From an uncultured cyanobacterium (GTDB lineage: Bacteria; Cyanobacteriota; Cyanobacteriia; Cyanobacteriales; Nostocaceae): 64,000 nucleotides of DNA. This document shows, piece after piece, positions 48,694-60,206 of this stretch. Position 1 is the stretch's first letter. Every line of letters starts with the position of its first letter. A program made the translations under genes and the position numbers. The notes beneath the pieces were generated by a model. The model worked only from the letters and a program-made list of their open reading frames with translations, was not told where the DNA came from and did not search any database. Where the stretch lies: positions 3,921,413 to 3,985,412 of the forward strand of contig CAVUDP010000002.1 in assembly GCA_963740315.1 (NCBI GenBank). Reading direction: 5' to 3'.

Positions 48694-51443
48694 TTACAAA
48701 GCAATAGCAGCTTTAACCACAGAACAATCATCTGTAGGCTGAATAATAAATCCTAGTTTTTCACAAACTCGCTGCATCCCCAGATTTTCTAATAAAATTT
48801 CTGCATTGATTTCGCCCAATTTCTCATCTTTCCCAATTTGCAACAATCGTTTTAGTAATTCGCTTCCTATTCCTTGACACTGATATTTATCTGCGACTAT
48901 CAAAGCAAACTCAGCTTGATTTGTTTGGTGTAGTTTACTTAATCTCGCAACGGCTAAAATTTCATTTTGTTGAGTTTGGGGATTATAATAATCGGCGACT
49001 AAAGCCATTTCTCGGTCATAATCTATAAAGCACAATCTTGTTAAACGTTCGTGAGCAATACGTCGGCTAATTTTAATCAGATGGAAGTAGCGGAAATAAA
49101 CGCTTTGCTGTGATAATTCATGATGAAATTGAATTATTAATGGCTCATCTTCAGGACGAATCGGACGTATAGTAATTTCCATCCCGTTTTGCATTTTCCA
49201 AGTTGAAATATATTGAATCGGATAGGGACGAATTGCGGGTTTTGGTAATTTTTCGATGTTCGCATCTAAATCGTGCAGTACAATTCTTCCATCTAATGCT
49301 ATCAAGGAATTATCAATACCTGGTTTTGCTAAAAGCGGATTAATATCAATTTCCTTAATCTCAGGTTGCTCGACAACTAACTGACTAAAACGAACTAAAA
49401 GCTGCTCTAGTTTATCTAATGAAATTGCTTTTCTTCCTCTAACTCCTTTTAATGCTTTATAAATTTGAGTTTGTTCCATCATTCGCCGAGCTAAGGTAGT
49501 ATTAAGTGGAGGTAATCCCAATGCTCTATCTTGAAATACCTCAACTAGTTGTCCTCCCGTACCGAATAATAAAACTGGACCAAATTGAGCATCTATACTA
49601 CTACCCAAAATCAATTCATAGCTGTTTTTTAAATCCACCATTGGCTGAATTGTCACCCCAGCAAAATGGCTGCTACCAACTTTCTGTGTCACCGATGTTT
49701 GAATTGCTTGATATGCTTCTCTAACAGCATCAGCGCAACATAAATTTAAATGCACTCCATTCACATCCGACTTATGAGTAATGGTGTAGGAATAAACTTT
49801 CATTACTACCGGATAACCAATTTTATCTGCTATTTGAATAGCTGATGCTTCTGTTGTTGCGAGATAAGTTTCTACAGTTGGAATTCCATAAGCTGCCAGT
49901 ATTTTTTTTGATTCTATTTCTGTTAATAAATATCTTTTTTCGCGACGTGCTGTTTGAATGATTTCTTCGACGCATTTACAATGGGAAAAATCTGCTTCTG
50001 GGTTAGCTAATACGGGAGTTTCATACAAACTACGCAAATTATAACTATAGCGCCACATATAATTAAAAATTCGGGCAGCAGTATCGGGATAGGGAAACGT
50101 GGGAATTGCGGCTTGATTGAGAATTTCTGCCCCAGCTTGGATTTCTGAGTTACCCATCCAACTTGCTAAAATTGGTTTATTGCTTTTGGCACAAGCTGTT
50201 AAAACTTCTGCTATTTTGGTAGGGTTTGTCATTGCCTGCGGTGTTAAAATTACCAAAATTGCATCAGTATTTTTATCCTGACTGACAATTTTTAAAGCAT
50301 TTTCGTAACGCTTATAATCTGCATCTCCTAATAAATCAATTGGGTTATTGCGACTTGCATTAGCAGGTAATAATTTATCTAAAGCATCGCGAGTTTCAAC
50401 GGTTAACTCAGCCAGTTCTCCCCCTCCAGAAATCAGCGCATCTGTAGCTAAAACTCCAGATCCCCAGCATTAGTAATAATTGTCATTCGTTTACCTTTGG
50501 GACGGGGTTGTTTTGATAAGATTTCCGACATATCGAATAATTCAGAAATGCGATCAACTCGCAATACCCCACAGCGTCTTAAGGCTGCATCAAACACCGC
50601 ATCGCTTCCCGCTAACGCACCTGTATGGGATGTTGCGGCTTTTGCTGCAATTTCAGTACGTCCGGCTTTGATAACTATAATCGGTTTGGTTAAAGCAACT
50701 TCCCGCGCAGCTGAAAGAAAAGAACGAGCATTACCGATAGATTCCATGTAGATTACAATACTTTCCGTATGGGGGTCGTCGCCGAGGTAATAAATTAAAT
50801 CTCCCCAATCAACATCGAGCATCGAACCGATGGAAATAAAAGCACTAAATCCGACATTTTCGCGGAAACTCCAATCTAAAATAGCCGTACACAATGCCCC
50901 ACTCTGACTGATAAATCCGACTTTACCAGGAAGTGCCATACCACTAGCAAAGCTCGCATTTAAGCCAACATGGGGATTAATAATTCCCAAACAGTTAGGA
51001 CCAACTAATCGCATTTGAGAGCGACGAACTTGTTCTAACACCTGCTGCTCTAGTTCTACACCTGCAACTCCCGTTTCCCTAAACCCAGCCGAAATGATAA
51101 TTGCACTTTTAACTCCCGCATCTACGCATTCAGCAATAACACTAGGAACGGTTGGAGCCGGAGTAGCAATAATAGCCAAATCGATAATTTCTGGAACTGA
51201 GGCAATATTTGGGTAGGCTTTGATACCCAAAATGCTATTGTGTTTGGGATTCACAGGAAAAACCGTTCCCCCAAAAGGATGGCTAACGAGATTCCACAAT
51301 AAAGTACGTCCTACGCTACCTTCTTTCCCAGATGCACCGATAACCGCAACGTTTTTAGGTGCAAAAATAGCATCTAAGGGGTGATGTTGGGAACGAAGAA
51401 TATCATAAGCACGATTTGAACCTATCTCGATTGATTTTTGCAT
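48694..51443 (-). CDS. Acyl-CoA ligase (ADP-forming)-like/GNAT acetyltransferase fusion (Pat/YfiQ type), split by a 1-bp deletion at ~50463
   Basis: CoA-binding [26 protein letters not shown]; one more G in GCTGGGGAT restores [14 protein letters not shown]-grasp HKSD; C-terminal GNAT. Confidence 0.85.
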
Positions 51444-51464
51444 AAATAACTCCTGTTTTGAAAA

Positions 51465-51566
51465 TAGGGAATAGGGAGTAGGGAGTAGGGAGCAATTAGG
51501 AGTTAGGAGTTAAGAGTTGATAATCACCCATTACCCATTACCAATTACCAATTACCCATTACCCAT
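51465..51566. repeat. Heptamer short tandem repeats (STRR-type)
   Basis: ATAGGGA/GTAGGGA, TTAGGAG and ACC(C/A)ATT runs. Confidence 0.8.
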
Positions 51567-54257
51567 CCTCACTTCTTCCAACTGCAAATCTTCCGATTCA
51601 TCTACATGATAAAAAGCCGCATCAGTACGACAACCGCGATAAGCTAAAACGTACAATTCTTTCAAATCATTGATTAAAGGATAGCGGGGATTTGCTCCCG
51701 TACATTGGTCATCAAATGCTTGTTCTGCCATTGTTTCTAAACTACTATAAAAAGCTTGTTCATCATCTCCCAATGTTTCTTTAATAGTTAAAGGAATATC
51801 AACTTCATGCTTGAGATTTTCTACTGCTTCCACTAATTTTTCAACTTTCTCATCAGGAGTATTTCCACCCAATCTTAGAAAATCTGCAATTTCGGCATAA
51901 CGTTGTTTGGCATGGGGATATTTGTACTGTGGAAAAATAGCTTGTTTGAAGGGAATATCCGTAGCATTATAACGAATTACATGGGAAATTATCAGCGCAT
52001 TTGCTAACCCGTGGGGTACGTGAAAAGTTGCTCCCAATTTATGAGCCATTGAATGACAAACTCCTAAGAAAGCATTAGCAAATGCCATTCCAGCAATTGT
52101 TGCTGCATAATGAACTTTTTCCCGCGCTTCGGGGTCATTTTTACCATTTTTATAGGCTCTGGGCAAGTATTTAAATAATAAATCTATTGCCTGTAATGCT
52201 AATCCATCGGTAAACTCAGTTGCCATTACCGAAACATAAGATTCTAATGCATGAGTTAAAGCATCAATTCCACCGTATGCAGTTAACTTTGTTGGCATAT
52301 TTAAAACCAACTCTGGGTCTACAATTGCCATATTTGGTGTTAGGGAATAATCTGCTAAAGGATACTTAACTCCTACTTTCTCGTCGGTGACAACTGCAAA
52401 CGGCGTTACCTCCGAGCCAGTACCGGAAGTCGTAGGAATAGCCACTAACATTGCTTTTTGTCCTAATGCTGGTAATTCATAAATTCGTTTGCGAATGTCC
52501 ATAAATCGCATTGCTAAACCAGCAAATTCCACCTCGGGATGCTCGTACATCAACCACATAACTTTAGCTGCATCCATCGGCGAACCACCACCAATAGCTA
52601 TAATTACATCTGGTTGATAATTTTTCAGCAATGCTAATCCTTGTTTAACATTAGATAAAGTTGGATCGGGTTCAACATCGTGGAATAAATCGTATTTGAT
52701 GCTGATTTCATCTAAAACTTTGGTGACGCTATCGACAATTCCTAAATCAAATAGAGGTTTATCCGTAACAATAAATGCCCGTTTTTTACCAGTTAAATCT
52801 CCTAAAGCTACAGGTAAACAACCAGATTTAAAATAGATTTTTGGGGGAACTCGGAACCACAGCATATTTTCCCGACGCTGGGATACTGTTTTAATATTTA
52901 ACAGATGATGGGGTGCGACGTTATCGGATATTGTATTACCACCCCAAGTTCCACAACCTAAAGTTAGAGATGGGTCTAATTTGAAATTATATAAATCACC
53001 GATTGCACCTTGAGAAGATGGTGTATTTATCAGAACTCTTCCCGTTTTAATTACATTCTCGAAATAAGTAATATCATCGTAATTAGCTGGATTGGTATAT
53101 AATACTGCTGTATGTCCGGGACCGCCAAATTCAATCAATTTTTCGGCTTTAGCAACTGCTTCATGAAAGTTTGTTGCTCGATACATTGCTAAAATTGGCG
53201 ATAATTTTTCATAAGCAAAAGGTTCTGTTTTACCAATGCTTTCTACTTCAGCAATTAAAGTTTTATAGCTACTTGGTAGCGGACAATAAGTATCTTTTCC
53301 ACATCCAGAAACTTCACTTTTGAGTTGAAATCCTGCTAATTGAGCAATCTTTTCTACCGACTGTCCGACAATTGCTGGATTTAATCTTCCTTCTTTTAAA
53401 ATTAAATTACCCAACTGACTTTTTTCTGTATCATTGAGAAAATATGCACCCCGACACATAAATTCCTGTTTAACTTGCTCGTAAATATCATCAACAATAA
53501 TTACAGATTGTTCCGAAGCACAAATCATTCCATTATCAAAAGTTTTACTCAATAAAATCGAACTGACAGCAGTTTGAATATCAGCCGATTTATCAATTAC
53601 CGCAGGAGTATTTCCCGCTCCTACACCTAATGATGGATGTCCCGAAGAATAAGCAGAATGTACCATTCCCGGTCCACCAGTTGCTAAAATTAATTTGATA
53701 TCAGGATGCTGCATTAATGCTTGAGATAATTCTACCGTTGGTTCGTCAATCCAACCGATAATATTTTCTGGGGCACCAGCAGAAACTGCTGCTTCTAAGA
53801 TAGTTTTTACTGATTCTATGGTGCATTTTTTAGCTTTAGGATGGGGAGAAAGAATAATTCCGTTGCGGGTTTTGAGAGCAATTAATGCTTTAAAAATAGT
53901 TGTAGATGTAGGGTTAGTTACGGGAACAATTCCAGCAATAATTCCTACTGGTTCGGCTATTTTTTGAATACCAAAACTTCTATCTTCTTCGATAAGACCG
54001 CAGGTTTTTTCATGCTTATATTTGTTGTAAATATATTCCGATGCAAAGTGGTTTTTAATCACTTTATCTTCAACAATACCCATTCCTGTTTCAGAAACAG
54101 CCAATTTAGCTAAAGGTATTCTTTGATTATTGGCTGCTAATGCTGCATATTTAAAAATAAAATCAACTTTTTTCTGAGAATATGTAGCGTATTTTTCTTG
54201 TGCTACTTTGACGTTTTCTACTAGTAACTTTAATTCTTGAATATTGGTAACTTGCAT
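51552..54257 (-). CDS. adhE: Bifunctional acetaldehyde-CoA/alcohol dehydrogenase
   Basis: EDKVIKNHFASE, ATGGPGMV, FDNGMICASEQ, GGGSPMDAAK, PTTSGTGSEVT, HGLANA. Confidence 0.95.
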   Translation of the reverse strand: MQVTNIQELKLLVENVKVAQEKYATYSQKKVDFIFKYAALAANNQRIPLAKLAVSETGMGIVEDKVIKNHFASEYIYNKYKHEKTCGLIEEDRSFGIQKIAEPVGIIAGIVPVTNPTSTTIFKALIALKTRNGIILSPHPKAKKCTIESVKTILEAAVSAGAPENIIGWIDEPTVELSQALMQHPDIKLILATGGPGMVHSAYSSGHPSLGVGAGNTPAVIDKSADIQTAVSSILLSKTFDNGMICASEQSVIIVDDIYEQVKQEFMCRGAYFLNDTEKSQLGNLILKEGRLNPAIVGQSVEKIAQLAGFQLKSEVSGCGKDTYCPLPSSYKTLIAEVESIGKTEPFAYEKLSPILAMYRATNFHEAVAKAEKLIEFGGPGHTAVLYTNPANYDDITYFENVIKTGRVLINTPSSQGAIGDLYNFKLDPSLTLGCGTWGGNTISDNVAPHHLLNIKTVSQRRENMLWFRVPPKIYFKSGCLPVALGDLTGKKRAFIVTDKPLFDLGIVDSVTKVLDEISIKYDLFHDVEPDPTLSNVKQGLALLKNYQPDVIIAIGGGSPMDAAKVMWLMYEHPEVEFAGLAMRFMDIRKRIYELPALGQKAMLVAIPTTSGTGSEVTPFAVVTDEKVGVKYPLADYSLTPNMAIVDPELVLNMPTKLTAYGGIDALTHALESYVSVMATEFTDGLALQAIDLLFKYLPRAYKNGKNDPEAREKVHYAATIAGMAFANAFLGVCHSMAHKLGATFHVPHGLANALIISHVIRYNATDIPFKQAIFPQYKYPHAKQRYAEIADFLRLGGNTPDEKVEKLVEAVENLKHEVDIPLTIKETLGDDEQAFYSSLETMAEQAFDDQCTGANPRYPLINDLKELYVLAYRGCRTDAAFYHVDESEDLQLEEVRMGNG

Positions 54258-54301
54258 AATTTTACTCCTTTATTGAAATATAGAGTTTCGCAAAGCTTTA
54301 G

Positions 54302-55054
54302 TTAAAGAGTTAAAATACCTTTGCTGCGGAAGATATTTAATACTTTTTCTACCTGTTCCGAAGTGGGACTTGGAGTTTCTTTTAATTTGTATTCGTAACC
54401 TAGTTCTTCCCATTTGTATTCACCCATTTTATGAAATGGTAATACTTCAACTCTTTGAATATTTTTAAGGGCAGAAATAAAATCGGCTAATCCAGTAATA
54501 TTGTCCGTATCATCTGTTAAGTCAGGTACCAATACAAAGCGAATCCAAGCTGGTTTATTAATATCACTTAAGTATTTAGCAAGAATTAGCGTTGGTTTGA
54601 TATCAACTCCCGTAACTTTGGTATAGGTAGCCGGGTCAAATGATTTGATATCCAGTAATACTAAATCCACAAATTCTAATACAGATTTTGCGGTTTCTAA
54701 ATTGCAAAACCCAGATGTATCTAAAGCTGTATGTATTCCTAATTCTTTACAGCGTCGAAAAATTTCTCTGACAAATTCTGGTTGAAATAAAGGTTCACCA
54801 CCGCTAATTGTTACACCTCCACCCGACGCTTTCATGTAAGAAGTATATTTCTGAATTTCTACAATTAATTCATCAACTGTTACCTGTTTCCCATGTTCCA
54901 GATAGCGACAGTCGGGATTGCTGCAATACAGACAACGCAGGGGACAACCTGTGGTAAAAATTATAAAGCGAATACCAGGACCATCCACCGTACCGCAAGT
55001 TTCAACTGAGTGGATGTAACCGGATGTAGTGACTTTAGATACTGGATGTAACAT
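54302..55054 (-). CDS. pflA: Pyruvate formate-lyase activating enzyme (radical SAM)
   Basis: HSVETCGTVDGPGIRF, CPLRCLYC, SGGEP, LPFHKMGEYKW. Confidence 0.92.
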   Translation of the reverse strand: MLHPVSKVTTSGYIHSVETCGTVDGPGIRFIIFTTGCPLRCLYCSNPDCRYLEHGKQVTVDELIVEIQKYTSYMKASGGGVTISGGEPLFQPEFVREIFRRCKELGIHTALDTSGFCNLETAKSVLEFVDLVLLDIKSFDPATYTKVTGVDIKPTLILAKYLSDINKPAWIRFVLVPDLTDDTDNITGLADFISALKNIQRVEVLPFHKMGEYKWEELGYEYKLKETPSPTSEQVEKVLNIFRSKGILTL

Positions 55055-55123
55055 AGCCTTTACCCATAGCACACAAGAAATTGAAGCTTTGTATTTACTT
55101 CATTTTGAGTTATACGGGAATAA

Positions 55124-55140
55124 TTTGAGGAACTTGTGAG
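55124..55140 (-). promoter_or_regulatory. Direct-repeat regulon box upstream of pflA
   Basis: CTCACAAGTTCCTCAAA, 9 bp, TATAAC. Confidence 0.7.
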
Positions 55141-55226
55141 GAAGCTTTGAAGACATACATCAAACTACAATCTGCGTGTTTTTGTACGTTATGACCAGCT
55201 TTCCTAAATTGGTGTAATTTGACATC

Positions 55227-55243
55227 CTCACATTTTCTTCAAA
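55227..55243 (+). promoter_or_regulatory. Direct-repeat regulon box upstream of usp
   Basis: CTCACATTTTCTTCAAA, 9 bp, TAAAGT. Confidence 0.6.
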
Positions 55244-55291
55244 TTATATCTATAAAGTAAAAGTATTGAATATTTACTGTGAGGATAAATC

Positions 55292-55771
55292 ATGATTAAT
55301 CGTAAGATTTTAGTTGCATTAGATAAATCTAAGCAAACAGGGAAAGTCTTTCAAACAGCGTTAGATTTAGTCAAAGAACAAGATAGCGAAATTAAGTTGT
55401 TCCATTGTATAAATAGCAACTTTCTGGTTCGAGAAGTCTCATCTATCGGTGGTGTTGGTACTATTGGCGATATTAATATATATGGAAATTTACACAAAAA
55501 CTATCAACAGGAATTAAACCAAGAAATCCAAAAAGTCAGCGAATGGTCAGAATATTACTGCGAGCAAGTACGAATGCGGAAAATTCCCGTAACGTTCACC
55601 TATGAGCTTGGAGAGCCAGGAAAGAAAATTTGCGATTTTGCTCTATCTTGGGGTGCGGATTTAATTGTATTAGGTAGTAGAGGACATAGTGCGATAGCAG
55701 AAATTGTCCTCGGTAGCGTCAGCAGTTATGTTATTCACCACGCTTGTTGTTCGGTATTGGTTGTTAGGTAA
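55292..55771 (+). CDS. Universal stress protein
   Basis: KILVALD, ADLIVLGSRG, LGSVSSYVIHHACCSVLVVR. Confidence 0.92.
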   Translation: MINRKILVALDKSKQTGKVFQTALDLVKEQDSEIKLFHCINSNFLVREVSSIGGVGTIGDINIYGNLHKNYQQELNQEIQKVSEWSEYYCEQVRMRKIPVTFTYELGEPGKKICDFALSWGADLIVLGSRGHSAIAEIVLGSVSSYVIHHACCSVLVVR

Positions 55772-55808
55772 AAATGAATTAATTTTCTAACCGCATAACA
55801 GTCTTGTT

Positions 55809-58550
55809 TCAAACATTTTTACTAGCGACTAATTTTTTTCTAGTTTCATTAAATATCAATGGTAAAATTGCACTACCACTAACTAAAATACTATCCGCAA
55901 TGCTAATGGTCGTAAGACTTAATAGAGTTCGCAGTTGGGGAACCCCAAGTGACAGTAGTTGTAATCCAATGGAACCCAAAAGAGCAATATTCAAATATTG
56001 ATTTTGCGGTAGTTTACCAATATCAAATATGGTGTATTTTTGGGAGCGACAACTCAGAGTATGAAGCAGTTGTCCAAGTGTCAAACTCATAAAAGCAATG
56101 GTACTTGCTTGCAAACCAATACCATATTTACTGATACCGTATCCATAAGCTGCCAAAGTACTCAAGGTTATGCTTCCAGACTCAAACATAAAATTACCAA
56201 AGTTTGATGTCTTGATAATTGGTTCTTCGGGGTTGCGGGGTGGTTTACTTAACACATCTGGTTCGTTTGGTTCTAATGCGAGTGCTAAACCAGGAAAGAT
56301 ATCTGTGACTAAATTCAACCATAAAAGTTGTATCGCATTCAAAGGTTGTCCCACACCAACAGTTGTCGCTGCTAGCATCACCATAATTTCGCTGAGGTTG
56401 GTAGAAAGCAAAAAATGCAGCGATTTTCTAATGTTGTTGTAAATAGTTCGTCCCCGACTCACAGCAATAATCATGGTTTCCAAATTGTCGTCAGCAATAA
56501 TGATATCGGCAACTTCACGGGCTGCATCAGTACCGCTCTTTCCCATTGCCACACCCACATCTGCGGCTTTAAGAGCAGGGGCATCGTTTATACCATCGCC
56601 AGTCATAGATACAATTCGTCCGGCTGACTGCAAAGCTTGAACAATTTGCAGTTTGTTGGCAGGACTAATTCTGGCGAAAACATTTACTTTGTCAAAAATT
56701 GCTGTTCTTTCCTCAGATTTAATATTTTCGATATCGGTAGAATCGAGGACTTGCAGTTGATTGTGGTTGGCTAATTCCAATTCTTTAGCAATAGCAAAAG
56801 CGGTAGCAGTTTGATCGCCTGTAATCATTACGGTATCAATTCCAGCTTGATGAAATTGACCCACTAAATCTTTGACTCCTTTTCTAATTGGGTCTGTCAT
56901 GGCAATTAAACCCAACCAGATTAAATTTTCTTCAGTATGTTCGCTGCTTTCTAAATCGCTAGTATGGGTATAAGCTGCTGCTAGTACGCGCAATGCTCGA
57001 TCGGCCATCCGCTTATTTTCTATTTCAATTGCTAATTTTGCATCTTCAGTGAAGGGAATTACTTCTCCTCCTTTCATTTGCCGGTTGCAAAGGTGTAAAA
57101 TTTCTGTTGGTGTTCCCTTGATTGCAATTAGTGTACTGCCATCATAAGTACCATGAAGGGTACTCATAAAATTACGATTTTCCGAGCGCTGATTAATTTC
57201 TTTGAGTGTATAATCTTCTCTTAGACGAATAACATCAATTCCGGCATCAATTGCCATATAAATTAAAGCATTTTCAGTGGAAGAGCCATTAACGATATAT
57301 TCACCATCCGATCGCACCACATCACTTTCATTGCAAAGCACGGACACTCGAATCAATTGCAGAAATTCTTCACAATAACTGGGGTTAATTGTTTTTTCAC
57401 CATTCACAAATTTATCGTTATTTATCTGAATTACTCGGCTATCAGTATGTATTTCGACTACTGACATACTATTTTCCGTAATTGTGCCGGTTTTATCCAA
57501 GCAAATCTTCTGTACCGAACCCAACGCTTCGACTGCATTCAAACTGCGGATGAGGACATTATGCCGTCGCATATCTCGAATACCTAAAGCCAGCGTCGTA
57601 GTTGCAACAGCCGGTAAACCTTCAGGAACTGCTGCAACTGCTAGGGATATAGATGTCGTTAACATTGTCAGCCAAGGGTAGCCCCGCAGTAGTCCAATGA
57701 GAAAAACAACACCGCAAATACCGCTACTAAGGAACACTAATTGACTACCAACTTGATCGAGCTGTTTTGCTAGGGGAGTATCTGTAGCGCTAGCTTCTCC
57801 TACCAATTGTTGGATTTCTCCTAGCTGGGTAAATTGACCAGTTGCAGTCACCGCAGCCATACCTTGTCCAGCAGTAACTAATGTACCTTTGTATACCATA
57901 TTAATTCGGTCGGCAAGAGATATATTTTCACCGCAAAGGGATTGAGTATTTTTAGTGACTGGTATACTTTCACCAGTTAAAGCCGATTCATCAATGCTGA
58001 GATTTTCTGTTTCAATTAACCTGGCATCCGCTGTAATATAGCTACCGGGTTTTAGAACTAAAATATCTCCGGGAACTATATTTTCAGTGTTTATTTGAGT
58101 TGTAATACCATTTCTAAGAACTAAAGTAGATGGGCGATCGCCTTTTTTCAGGGAGTGAATAATTTTTTCCGATTGGCTTTCTGTAAAATAGCCAATAACT
58201 GCATTAATACCTACAACCCCCATAATTACCAAAGCATCAACCCAGCCACCCGTTGCGGTGGAAACTATCGCAGCAGCAGTTAGTAAAGCTACTGGTAGTG
58301 ACTTAAACTGCTCAATAAAAATACTGAACTCCGAACGCGATGCTGGCTCGGGTAAAAGGTTTTGCCCGTATTTCAAAAGTTTTTCCAAAGCTGATTCGCT
58401 AGATAATCCCGAAGTTTTAGAAGTATTCAGGGACTCGATAATCGAATCGGCTTCGATAATATGCCAATCTTCTATTTTTTGATTTTCAATTTTTGCTACA
58501 TTTTTTTTAGGAAGTTTTTTTTCGCCGATATTTATTTTGCTTTTATACAT
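55809..58550 (-). CDS. Cation-transporting P-type ATPase (type IIA-like)
   Basis: TGES, PEGLP, DKTGT, TGD, TGDGINDAPAL, LWLNLVTD. Confidence 0.92.
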   Translation of the reverse strand: MYKSKINIGEKKLPKKNVAKIENQKIEDWHIIEADSIIESLNTSKTSGLSSESALEKLLKYGQNLLPEPASRSEFSIFIEQFKSLPVALLTAAAIVSTATGGWVDALVIMGVVGINAVIGYFTESQSEKIIHSLKKGDRPSTLVLRNGITTQINTENIVPGDILVLKPGSYITADARLIETENLSIDESALTGESIPVTKNTQSLCGENISLADRINMVYKGTLVTAGQGMAAVTATGQFTQLGEIQQLVGEASATDTPLAKQLDQVGSQLVFLSSGICGVVFLIGLLRGYPWLTMLTTSISLAVAAVPEGLPAVATTTLALGIRDMRRHNVLIRSLNAVEALGSVQKICLDKTGTITENSMSVVEIHTDSRVIQINNDKFVNGEKTINPSYCEEFLQLIRVSVLCNESDVVRSDGEYIVNGSSTENALIYMAIDAGIDVIRLREDYTLKEINQRSENRNFMSTLHGTYDGSTLIAIKGTPTEILHLCNRQMKGGEVIPFTEDAKLAIEIENKRMADRALRVLAAAYTHTSDLESSEHTEENLIWLGLIAMTDPIRKGVKDLVGQFHQAGIDTVMITGDQTATAFAIAKELELANHNQLQVLDSTDIENIKSEERTAIFDKVNVFARISPANKLQIVQALQSAGRIVSMTGDGINDAPALKAADVGVAMGKSGTDAAREVADIIIADDNLETMIIAVSRGRTIYNNIRKSLHFLLSTNLSEIMVMLAATTVGVGQPLNAIQLLWLNLVTDIFPGLALALEPNEPDVLSKPPRNPEEPIIKTSNFGNFMFESGSITLSTLAAYGYGISKYGIGLQASTIAFMSLTLGQLLHTLSCRSQKYTIFDIGKLPQNQYLNIALLGSIGLQLLSLGVPQLRTLLSLTTISIADSILVSGSAILPLIFNETRKKLVASKNV

Positions 58551-58793
58551 AGTTCATTACTATGTTCTTAATGAATAACTGGATTTTAAAATGACTGGCA
58601 TTTGAACTGGAGGTAAAGTCCATCGACTTTATACCTGCCCCCTACCTTTAACATTGGTATGTATTGCTTAAAGCATCAAGTATTTCCTTAATAAATATAT
58701 TATTCAGTCAGCAGCATTTCAAATAATAGAAAGTATCCACAATATGTATTTGCCCACATAGTATATGTATATCCTTTTAATATAGTAAAACAA

Positions 58794-58810
58794 GTTGAGT
58801 CTTTTGTGAG
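58794..58810 (-). promoter_or_regulatory. Degenerate regulon box upstream of the P-type ATPase
   Basis: CTCACAAAAGACTCAAC, 9 bp, TATATT. Confidence 0.55.
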
Positions 58811-59268
58811 GTTTTTTCATTTTTTTTAATTGCGATGGGATTGTTCTGATATATGAACAACTGTAATAATAAATAGAATGGAATACTAATATTATATTTG
58901 CAGCCTACATATTTTACTTTTTATGATTCTCTTCATTAAAAAATATAGAGTCAATATTACTTTTTTCTACTCATACAAAATATTTGTTATTGTTTTTATA
59001 TTGATAAAATTTATGAATATAATATTCCTTGGGTACAAAAATTAAGTAAATATTAAATTATTAGATAAAAGTCATGAAAGTATTGTAATACGAGCAATAA
59101 GTGCGAATTTAAGAGCGATTAACTAAAACAATAGTTTAGGCAAAAACAGCAGACTACAGGTATTGGCAAGCTTGTAAGAATCGATGAATCAAGAATGAAT
59201 ATAGATGAATTGTGTGCGAGAACACATAATTACAAACAAAATCATCTATTTAAAAAGATATTAGCTTG

Positions 59269-59285
59269 CTCACAACTTCCTCACA
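59269..59285 (+). promoter_or_regulatory. Direct-repeat regulon box upstream of the PG-binding protein
   Basis: CTCACAACTTCCTCACA, 9 bp, TATCTT. Confidence 0.7.
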
Positions 59286-59446
59286 ATCTTCGTTTATCTT
59301 AAAAGTATAGAGAACATTAGTTAGAGGGTTTAAATGTTTTATCTAGGATGAGTTAATTAAAATATTTAATATATTAGATTAACTCATATATGACTCAACT
59401 GCATTGCAGTATAAACCCTCGTAAATATATTAAGAGGAAACAAATT

Positions 59447-59980
59447 ATGCAACTTCAAGACAGAAACGAACTGGAAAACAACCATCTTATTGATGTAAAT
59501 AACCTTCCTACTTTTTCGATGTCGGAAACAACAATGAAGTTGAATAAGCCGATTTTGAGAAAAGGGGATACAGGAGAAGCAGTTGAAGAGCTGCAAAAAC
59601 TGCTGAGATATTGGGATCTTTACTACGATGTTATAGACGGTATCTTCAGCGAATATGTTGAATGGGCTGTCAAAGCATATCAACATCGTGTTTTCCTCGA
59701 AGAAGATGCTATTGTCGGTCCGCTAACTTGGAAAGCACTTTATAGCGGTGCTCCTCCAGTTCCACCTATCCCTGTTCTTAGTCGTGGTAGTACTGGCAAG
59801 TATGTAAGAATGGTTCAAAGAACCTTATCATTGCACGGTTACTATAGCTTTGATATAGACGGTGATTTCGGTCCAGTCACAGAAGTAGCAGTGAGAAAAT
59901 TCCAATTAGACATGGCTTTAACTCAAGATGGAATTGTGGGTCCTCGGACTTGGCACGCTCTAAGTAAGCTATATCATTAG
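59447..59980 (+). CDS. Protein with two peptidoglycan-binding (PG_binding_1) domains
   Basis: LRKGDTGEAVEELQ...DGIF...DAIVGPLTW and GSTGKYV...DGDFG...DGIVGPRTW; GAGGA RBS. Confidence 0.88.
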   Translation: MQLQDRNELENNHLIDVNNLPTFSMSETTMKLNKPILRKGDTGEAVEELQKLLRYWDLYYDVIDGIFSEYVEWAVKAYQHRVFLEEDAIVGPLTWKALYSGAPPVPPIPVLSRGSTGKYVRMVQRTLSLHGYYSFDIDGDFGPVTEVAVRKFQLDMALTQDGIVGPRTWHALSKLYH

Positions 59981-60151
59981 AAATATCCTGTCTAACTGTG
60001 GTTAGCAAATGCTTGGATAATACAGACTGATACATCAAATTTAAACAATTATCCAGGCATATGAATCCATCAATTACCAAAAGCAATCGGTATTCTTCTA
60101 GAGAGTAACGGTTGCTTTTTCGCTATAATTTAACGATAAACTAATAAGATC

Positions 60152-60191
60152 AAAAATTGCGGACAATTAATCTCAATTCTCCGCAATTTTT
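60152..60191. terminator. Bidirectional terminator-like hairpin
   Basis: AAAAATTGCGGA...TCCGCAATTTTT between convergent genes. Confidence 0.6.
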
Positions 60192-60206
60192 AATTTGCAA
60201 GGGTTA

